Below, piece by piece: positions 56,908 to 63,112 of a DNA stretch of 63,112 nt. How positions within the stretch are numbered: the first letter of the stretch is position 1; every line of letters starts with the position of its first letter. Both the position numbers and the translations under genes were made by a program. The stretch is from contig JAKEFL010000042.1 in NCBI GenBank assembly GCA_022616105.1, positions 1-63,112 of the forward strand, given 5' to 3'. Below the pieces are notes generated by a model. It had not been told where the DNA came from. It ran no database searches and was given only the letters and a program-made list of their open reading frames with translations. This stretch comes from Anaerolineae bacterium (GTDB lineage Bacteria > Chloroflexota > Anaerolineae > Anaerolineales > Villigracilaceae).

Positions 56908-57945
56908 GTGAGTAAGACAAAAATCTCTTTTATTATCATCCTGATGATGATCATGGTAAGCGCGTGCGGCGCGGCGCCAGCCGTTACTGAGGCACCTTTA
57001 GTTGAAGTTTCAGGTGACTTAGTCATTTATTCCGGGCGCACTGAGCCACTCCTCCAGCCGGTCATTGATGTGTTCAAGGCAAAATATCCCAACGTGGAAG
57101 TACTACTTAAGGCAGGGAGTAACAGCGAACTGGCGAACGCGTTGCTCGAAGAGCAAGCCAACCCACAGGCAGATGTGTTCATCACGACCGAGTTGTTCAC
57201 GGTGCAGTCGCTGGCGCAGGATGGCATTTTTCAATCGTATCCGCCCGTTGGCGCGGACCAACTGCCAGCTGAGTTTCTTGGCACGGATAACCTGTGGACC
57301 GGACTCACACGCCGGGCGCGCGTGATCATCTATAACGCCGACCTCGTTTCACAGGACGAACTGCCAACCTCTATTTTTGACCTGACTGATCAGAAGTGGA
57401 AGGGTCAGATCGCCGCCGCGGGTTCGACGAATGGCTCCATGCAGGCGCAGATCGCCGCCATGTGGCAATTGATCGGCGAGGCAGAGACCGAAGCCTGGTT
57501 GAATGGATTAATCGTCAATGACGTCACGTTCTTTGGCGGTCACACGGATGTTCGCAAGGCAGTGGGTTCCGGTGAATTCAAACTGGGTCTCGTCAATCAT
57601 TATTACTATTACCTGCAAAAAGCGGAAGGAAGCAATGTCGGCATCATTTTCCCAGACCAGGGTGAAGGGCAGATCGGGCTGATCACCAACGCCACTGCTG
57701 CGGCAGTGGTCAATGGCGCACCTCATCTCAGCGCGGCGCAAGCCTTCCTGGATTTCCTTGTCTCGCCAGAAGGACAGAAATTGTTCGCTGAACAGAATTA
57801 CGAATATCCGCTTCTGCCTGGTGTGGAAGTTCACGGAGATGTTCAGCGGCTGGAAGGTTTCCGTTTTGCGGACGTGGATGTCGTGGAAGCCGCACAGGAT
57901 TTCGAAGTGACATTTGACCTAATGGAAAAAGTTGCGTTGCCATAG
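56908..57945 (+). CDS. Fe3+ ABC transporter substrate-binding lipoprotein (FbpA/FutA-like)
   Basis: Lipobox VSAC, IYSGR, RARVIIYN, LVNHYYY, NYEYP. Confidence 0.9.
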   Translation: MSKTKISFIIILMMIMVSACGAAPAVTEAPLVEVSGDLVIYSGRTEPLLQPVIDVFKAKYPNVEVLLKAGSNSELANALLEEQANPQADVFITTELFTVQSLAQDGIFQSYPPVGADQLPAEFLGTDNLWTGLTRRARVIIYNADLVSQDELPTSIFDLTDQKWKGQIAAAGSTNGSMQAQIAAMWQLIGEAETEAWLNGLIVNDVTFFGGHTDVRKAVGSGEFKLGLVNHYYYYLQKAEGSNVGIIFPDQGEGQIGLITNATAAAVVNGAPHLSAAQAFLDFLVSPEGQKLFAEQNYEYPLLPGVEVHGDVQRLEGFRFADVDVVEAAQDFEVTFDLMEKVALP

Positions 57946-57986
57946 TACACACGTCACGCTCTAAGCGTGACCTACAATTCGTTGAA

Positions 57987-59627
57987 TTGGAAACAACACA
58001 CACCCATCGTCTCAACCTTCTTTGGTTGAAATCTAATCCCATCAGCCCGCGGCTTGCCATTGCCGCCGGGCTGGTGGCGCTTTTTGTTGCCGTCCCGCTC
58101 ATATACATTTTCATCCGTGCACTCGGAGCGGAGCCCGAAGCATGGCAACGACTGTTTCAAACCCGCATCTGGAAATTGCTGGGCAACACACTTGTTCTTG
58201 TCATTGCAGTGACGAGCGGTACACTACTGACAGGCGTGAGCATGGCATGGTTCACCGAGCGCACTGACATGCCAGGCAGAAAATTTTTCCGCTGGATGCT
58301 TGCCCTGCCGCTCGCCGTTCCCGCTTATATCGGTGGGATTGTTCATCTTGCGCTTCTGCGTCCACGCGGTGGATACATCCCACAGGTACTTGAAAGTATT
58401 TTTGGCCAGCCTGTGCCCACACCCAGCCCGATTGGATTTTGGGGCGCGGCTTTTATTCTCACATTGTTTACCTATCCTTATGTCTACCTGTTGAGTGCCG
58501 CTGCGTTCCGCTCTTTACATGCCTCACTCGAGGAAGCCGCCCGCACTTTTGGACGTTCTCCATTCCAGACTCTTTTCCAGGTGACTCTGCCCGCGTTACG
58601 TCCCGGGCTCGCAGCAGGCGCGTTACTGGTTGCTTTGGATATTTTGGCGGAGTATGGGACCGTGGCTTTGCTCCGTTATGAGACGTTTTCATCAGCGATC
58701 TTTGTCCAACTCTCGGGTCGCTATGACCGGTCAGCGGCTTCCATTCTGAGCGGCATTCTCGTTGCGTTGGCGATTCTCATCCTGTGGAGCGAACTGCGGC
58801 TACAGGGGCAGGCGCGCTATACACAAATGGAAAGCAACTGGCGTCCTGCGCCTCCCGTCATGTTGGGGAAATGGCATATACCTGCACTTTTGCTGGTAAC
58901 ATGTGTTGTTTCTGCCAGTCTGCTTCTTCCGGTGATCGTGCTCACAGTATGGAGCCTCCAAGCCTTCCTGGACCCAAAGACTCTGACAACTGTGTTTCAC
59001 ATAGGCTCGCAGGGCTTTGGCAGCTATGTGTGGAACAGTCTGTGGAGCTCAGGGCTCGCGGCATTAATGGCTGTCATCTTTTCCCTGCCTGTGGCATTAT
59101 TGTCTGTGCGCTATCCAAATTGGTTCACTCGATTCATTTCCCGCTTTTGTCAGGTGGGATATGCCATCCCGGGCGTCGTCATCGCGCTCAGCCTGGTGTT
59201 ACTTGTCAACCGCCTGCTTCCATTTCTTTACGCGACGCCGTTCGTCGTTGTCATTGCTTATGTACTGCGTCATATGCCGCAGGCTGTGCGTGCCAGCGAG
59301 TCGGCGTTAAATCAACTTTCGCCTTCCCTCGAGGAAGCCGCGCGCACACTGGGGCGCACATCGTTTCAAACGTTCGCTCAAGTGACTCTGCCGCTCATCC
59401 TGCCTGGATTAATGGCAGGTGGATCACTGGTCTTTCTTACATCGCTCAAGGAATTGCCAGCCACGTTATTGCTGCGTCCTGCGGGCTTTGACACGCTCGC
59501 GGTCCGTGTGTGGATGTGGGCGACGGAAGGCTTTTATTCGCAAGCCGCGCCTGTCGCGCTGTTACTTGTCCTTGCGTCGGCGTTCCCGTTATACTTCCTC
59601 CTGCGCAGAGAGCAGATCTTCAAATGA
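57987..59627 (+). CDS. Fe3+ ABC transporter permease (FbpB-like)
   Basis: Two EEAART motifs, YPYVYL, KELPATLLLRP. Confidence 0.9.
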   Translation: METTHTHRLNLLWLKSNPISPRLAIAAGLVALFVAVPLIYIFIRALGAEPEAWQRLFQTRIWKLLGNTLVLVIAVTSGTLLTGVSMAWFTERTDMPGRKFFRWMLALPLAVPAYIGGIVHLALLRPRGGYIPQVLESIFGQPVPTPSPIGFWGAAFILTLFTYPYVYLLSAAAFRSLHASLEEAARTFGRSPFQTLFQVTLPALRPGLAAGALLVALDILAEYGTVALLRYETFSSAIFVQLSGRYDRSAASILSGILVALAILILWSELRLQGQARYTQMESNWRPAPPVMLGKWHIPALLLVTCVVSASLLLPVIVLTVWSLQAFLDPKTLTTVFHIGSQGFGSYVWNSLWSSGLAALMAVIFSLPVALLSVRYPNWFTRFISRFCQVGYAIPGVVIALSLVLLVNRLLPFLYATPFVVVIAYVLRHMPQAVRASESALNQLSPSLEEAARTLGRTSFQTFAQVTLPLILPGLMAGGSLVFLTSLKELPATLLLRPAGFDTLAVRVWMWATEGFYSQAAPVALLLVLASAFPLYFLLRREQIFK

Positions 59628-60667
59628 CAGCATTGGAAGTACGAAATCTCGTCAAACATTTTCATGGCACCCAGCAATCGGCTGTCAATAATATTTCATT
59701 TGAGTTGAGCAACGGCGAAATCCTGGCGCTTGTGGGACCAAGTGGATGCGGAAAAACAACCACCCTGCGCATGATCGCTGGACTCGAACGTCCAGACTCT
59801 GGAATCGTCTGCTTGAACGATCGCGTGGTGGCATCTGAGTCGGTTTTTGTCCCACCCGAAAAACGCGGTGTCGGTATGGTCTTTCAGGATCATGCCTTAT
59901 TCCCGCACCTGACTGTTTCAGAGAATATCGCCTTTGGCTTGCGCGGACAATCTCCCGCGCAGATCAGGCAAACCGTTGGAGAAATGCTGCACCTCGTCGG
60001 GTTGCTTCCGCTGTCGAAACGGTATCCGCACGCGTTGTCCGGTGGGGAACGGCAGCGAGTCGCGTTGGCGCGCGCGCTGGCTCCACGTCCTGTGCTCGTG
60101 TTGATGGATGAACCGTTTAGCAGCCTCGATGCGGACCTGCGGATGGAAATGCGCGAGCATGTGCGCAGGATTTTGAAATCCATGCAGGCCACGGTGATAT
60201 TTGTCACGCATGATCAGGAGGAAGCGCTTTATATGGGGGATCGTCTCGCTGTCCTGCAAAATGGACACATCGAACAGATCGGCACGCCTGAGGAAATTTT
60301 CCACGAATCGAATACACGCTTTGTGTCTGAGTTTATGGGAGATAGTGACTTCCTCATGGGAAAAGTCACGAGTGGGGGAATTCTGACCGAAATTGGTTTA
60401 TTGAAACAAGTGGTTGACTTGCCTGTTTCCACACCTGTTGAGATCGCACTCCGCGCCGACGACATTGATTTCCTCGTGGATGGCAGCGGCAACAGCGTGA
60501 TCGTGGAGCGATTCTTCCGCGGGGCATTCAATATTTATCGTTTGCGTCTGGACTCTGGTCAAACCCTGCATGCATCCACAAGCCATACACAGATTCTGCC
60601 TGTGGGCATGCGCGTGCGCGCTTTCATTAGTGCTGAACATCCGCTGACGATCTTTTCAGAAGCTTAA
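59624..60667 (+). CDS. Fe3+ ABC transporter ATPase (FbpC-like)
   Basis: GPSGCGKTT, LSGGERQR, MDEPFS, VTHDQEEA. Confidence 0.92.
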   Translation: MTALEVRNLVKHFHGTQQSAVNNISFELSNGEILALVGPSGCGKTTTLRMIAGLERPDSGIVCLNDRVVASESVFVPPEKRGVGMVFQDHALFPHLTVSENIAFGLRGQSPAQIRQTVGEMLHLVGLLPLSKRYPHALSGGERQRVALARALAPRPVLVLMDEPFSSLDADLRMEMREHVRRILKSMQATVIFVTHDQEEALYMGDRLAVLQNGHIEQIGTPEEIFHESNTRFVSEFMGDSDFLMGKVTSGGILTEIGLLKQVVDLPVSTPVEIALRADDIDFLVDGSGNSVIVERFFRGAFNIYRLRLDSGQTLHASTSHTQILPVGMRVRAFISAEHPLTIFSEA

Positions 60668-60972
60668 GCTCATCAACTTCCAATAAAATTCTAAATAAAT
60701 CTACATTGTGTTTTTGGCATTTACGCCTAAAATACTACTGTCAACGTGAGGGCGTGCCAAAACGCCCTTCGTGTATTTAAGAATTGCTCGCTGGTTGAGT
60801 AGTGCTGAGCCGCTTTGCAGCGAAGCACGTATCGAAACCAGCAATAACAAGTAAACATGAAATTGGTGGTTTCGACACCTGCACTTGTGTGCGATTTGCC
60901 TGGCAAATCATGCAAGTATATGTCCTCGCTATCGCTCGAACTACTCAACCACCGAACTACCAAACTAAAACC

Positions 60973-62274
60973 ATGCGCCTCAAACGTTTTCAACTCGGAC
61001 TCATCCACGTCGCGGTCGCGATGACTCTTGTTCCTATCAACAGCACACTCAACCGTGTGATGATCAAGGAACTCTCCATCTCTGCGACCCTTGTTGCGAT
61101 TCTTGCCTCACTGCCATATCTCTTCGCCCCCATCCAGGTTGCGATTGGCTCCTATTCGGATCGTCATCCTATTTTTGGCTTTCGACGCACGCCATATATT
61201 CTCGCAGGTCTACTCCTGTGTGTGCTTGGAGTGGTTGTCTCACCACAGGTTGCGTTCCTGATTTCAGATAACTTTTCATTGGGTCTGCTTGTGGGTATCC
61301 TCGCGTTTGGCGCGTGGGGTATGGGATATAACCTCTCCGCAGTTTCCTATCTCTCTCTCGCATCCGAACTCTCAGGCGAAAATGGACGCGGCAAGACCAT
61401 CGCCACCATGTGGTTCATGATGATCGTTTCCATCATTGTGACTGCGATTGGGCTCAGCCGCATGGTGGACCCGTATACACCTGAAGCCTTAATTCGCGCA
61501 TTTGGAGTTGTAGCCGCCTCAGCCTTGACGTTAGGCCTGCTCGGCCTCATCAAATTGGAACCACACTCAAGCGTTTCTTCCTCAGCTGCATCTGAAGCCT
61601 ATACTGTTAAACAAATGACATCCGCGATTACTGCGAACCCTGTCGCGCGAGTGTTCTTTATTTATCTGCTTTTACTCCTGGCTGCCATTCTCGGTCAGGA
61701 TGTATTGCTTGAACCCTTCGGTGCAGAAGCCTTCGGCATGACTGTGACCCAAACCACGCGCATCACCTCCATTTGGGGAACGTTCGTTTTGATTGCGATC
61801 CTTATTGCAGGCTTTCTCGAAGGACGCGTCTCCAAGCGTCGCATTGCACAGTTTGGCAATACAGGTGCGTTGCTTGGTTTTATCGTGATCGTGATTAGTG
61901 GCATCATGATCAACACGAACGTTTTTTACACAGGTGTGACATTGCTTGGCTTGGGCACAGGGCTCTCCACTGTTGCAAATCTTTCCTTGATGTTTGATCT
62001 CACTGTCCCTGAACATGTTGGGCTTTATATCGGCGCATGGGGATTCTCCAACGCGCTCTCGCGGTTAACAGGATCGGTTCTCGGCGGCGTTTTGCGTGAT
62101 GTGGTCACGCAGGTCACAGGCATCGCGTTGAGCGGATATCTTGTCGTGTTCAGCATCGAAGCGTTGATGTTATTTGTTGCTACATATATGCTCTATCGCA
62201 TTGATATCAATGCATTCAAAAGAAAAGCCCACAAACCCGCCTTCGTCGATAAGGTTGCGCTCGCCGCGGAATAA
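60973..62274 (+). CDS. BCD/PucC-family MFS transporter
   Basis: TLNRVMIKEL, G..SD, RRTPYI, QDVLLEPFG, GLYIGAWG. Confidence 0.85.
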   Translation: MRLKRFQLGLIHVAVAMTLVPINSTLNRVMIKELSISATLVAILASLPYLFAPIQVAIGSYSDRHPIFGFRRTPYILAGLLLCVLGVVVSPQVAFLISDNFSLGLLVGILAFGAWGMGYNLSAVSYLSLASELSGENGRGKTIATMWFMMIVSIIVTAIGLSRMVDPYTPEALIRAFGVVAASALTLGLLGLIKLEPHSSVSSSAASEAYTVKQMTSAITANPVARVFFIYLLLLLAAILGQDVLLEPFGAEAFGMTVTQTTRITSIWGTFVLIAILIAGFLEGRVSKRRIAQFGNTGALLGFIVIVISGIMINTNVFYTGVTLLGLGTGLSTVANLSLMFDLTVPEHVGLYIGAWGFSNALSRLTGSVLGGVLRDVVTQVTGIALSGYLVVFSIEALMLFVATYMLYRIDINAFKRKAHKPAFVDKVALAAE

Positions 62275-62278
62275 AACA

Positions 62279-62713
62279 ATGCTGGCCAAAGAAGTAATTT
62301 ATTTTGCTGGATCAGATTTCAATCCTTCTTCACACGAAGATGAAGAGGGCGGTCAGGTCTGTATCCCCAATATCAGCCCGAAGGAGCGGAAGAAGCGTGT
62401 GCAGTTTGCCATCCGATATTTCCTCTTCACGCTTGTCGTGCTGGGCGCGCTCCTCGCTTTCGATGTGAATCCGCTGTGGCGTCTGCCGCTCTTTTTCATG
62501 TTCAGTGCGGCAACCACGAGTTACATTCAGGCGCTCGACAAGACCTGAGTGTCCCTTGCGTCGCGCGGTCTGCGCAACATCTCCGACAGAAACGAAAGAA
62601 TCAAAGACCCAGCCGAATTGAAGCAGGTTCGCCGTCAGGCGCGGCGGGTGATACTCAAAGGGTTTCTCGTTGCTCTTCCATTAACACTGGTCGCGTTTAT
62701 ACTCCCTCAATAA
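62279..62713 (+). CDS. Putative membrane selenoprotein (144 aa, UGA at codon 90)
   Basis: Frame continues past TGA 62546 for 54 codons to a TM tail; SECIS-like GCGC-GGTCT-GCGC hairpin just downstream. Confidence 0.65.
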
Positions 62714-62837
62714 GTGATCCTAAAAGCTTTAACATTCTTTAGGTATGTCACTCTGAGCGATAGCGAAGAGTCTCTGAAACAATCATAGAGATTCTTCGCT
62801 CCGCTCAGAATGACATTGCACAAGGTGAGACAAAATA

Positions 62838-63112
62838 ATGACAGATGAATGGCTTTCCTTGAAAGGCGCGGCGGAGTTGCTGGGTGTGCATCCAAGCACA
62901 GTCAGGTTGTGGTCGGATAAGGGAATCCTTCCAACGCATCGTACCTCAGGCGGGCATCGCCGTTATCGCCGTGATGATGTGCTATTATGGGCAAAGACCG
63001 CGCGTGAAGTGCGTGTTGAGCCTGAGGGGATCATGCGCCTGGCGATGAAAAATGTCCGCGTGCAGATCGGGGAAGCAAATCTCGAGTCTGAGAGTTGGTA
63101 TCAAAAGCTGAA
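62838..63112 (+). CDS. MerR/excisionase-type HTH protein (partial, runs off right edge)
   Basis: MTDEWLSLKGAAELLGVHPSTVRLWSDKG...TSGGHRRY. Confidence 0.8.
   Translation, partial: MTDEWLSLKGAAELLGVHPSTVRLWSDKGILPTHRTSGGHRRYRRDDVLLWAKTAREVRVEPEGIMRLAMKNVRVQIGEANLESESWYQKL

Noticed and set aside
60956-60969. 14-nt match to the mazG 5'-end remnant
   Set aside because: Short, A/C-rich and without the ATG context; compatible with chance.
117-62895. Numerous antisense and overlapping ORFs in the track
   Set aside because: They are shadows of well-supported genes, with no motifs or translation signals.

Overview
Bacterial chromosomal window, most likely from an Anaerolineae-type Chloroflexota; this is inferred from gene content, repeat families and leaderless genes, not from a search. 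Positions 1-13.6 kb are the decaying right arm of a genomic island ending at a duplicated tRNA-Lys(UUU) 3' half. It holds kelch fragments, a GH31, thiol-redox genes, a truncated merB behind a CueR/MerR-type promoter, an ArsR-SRPBCC operon and several pseudogenes. At 14.0-18.3 kb lies the main candidate new system: a rearranged ComQXPA-like peptide-signalling locus. It comprises a NarL-type regulator, a ComQ-like prenyltransferase, an unannotated 48-aa peptide ending LGWQDW (15762-15908, minus strand) and a ComP-like PDZ/multi-TM HisKA_3 kinase. The remainder is mostly housekeeping (intein-containing dnaE, def, recF, nth, nadK, recN, Fe3+ ABC transporter) punctuated by small cassettes that each left a diverged duplicate of a host gene end, and by many nested REP-like palindromes, some inside coding sequence. 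Other notable candidates are a membrane selenoprotein with an in-frame UGA and an fdhF-like SECIS (62279-62713), a split membrane-anchored Cas4 without CRISPR, a ubiquitin-like/DUF4132 pair behind an SOS-like box, and an element bounded by inverted 8-nt-period arrays present in both empty and gene-loaded forms. All family assignments come from motif recognition by eye; no database searches were run.
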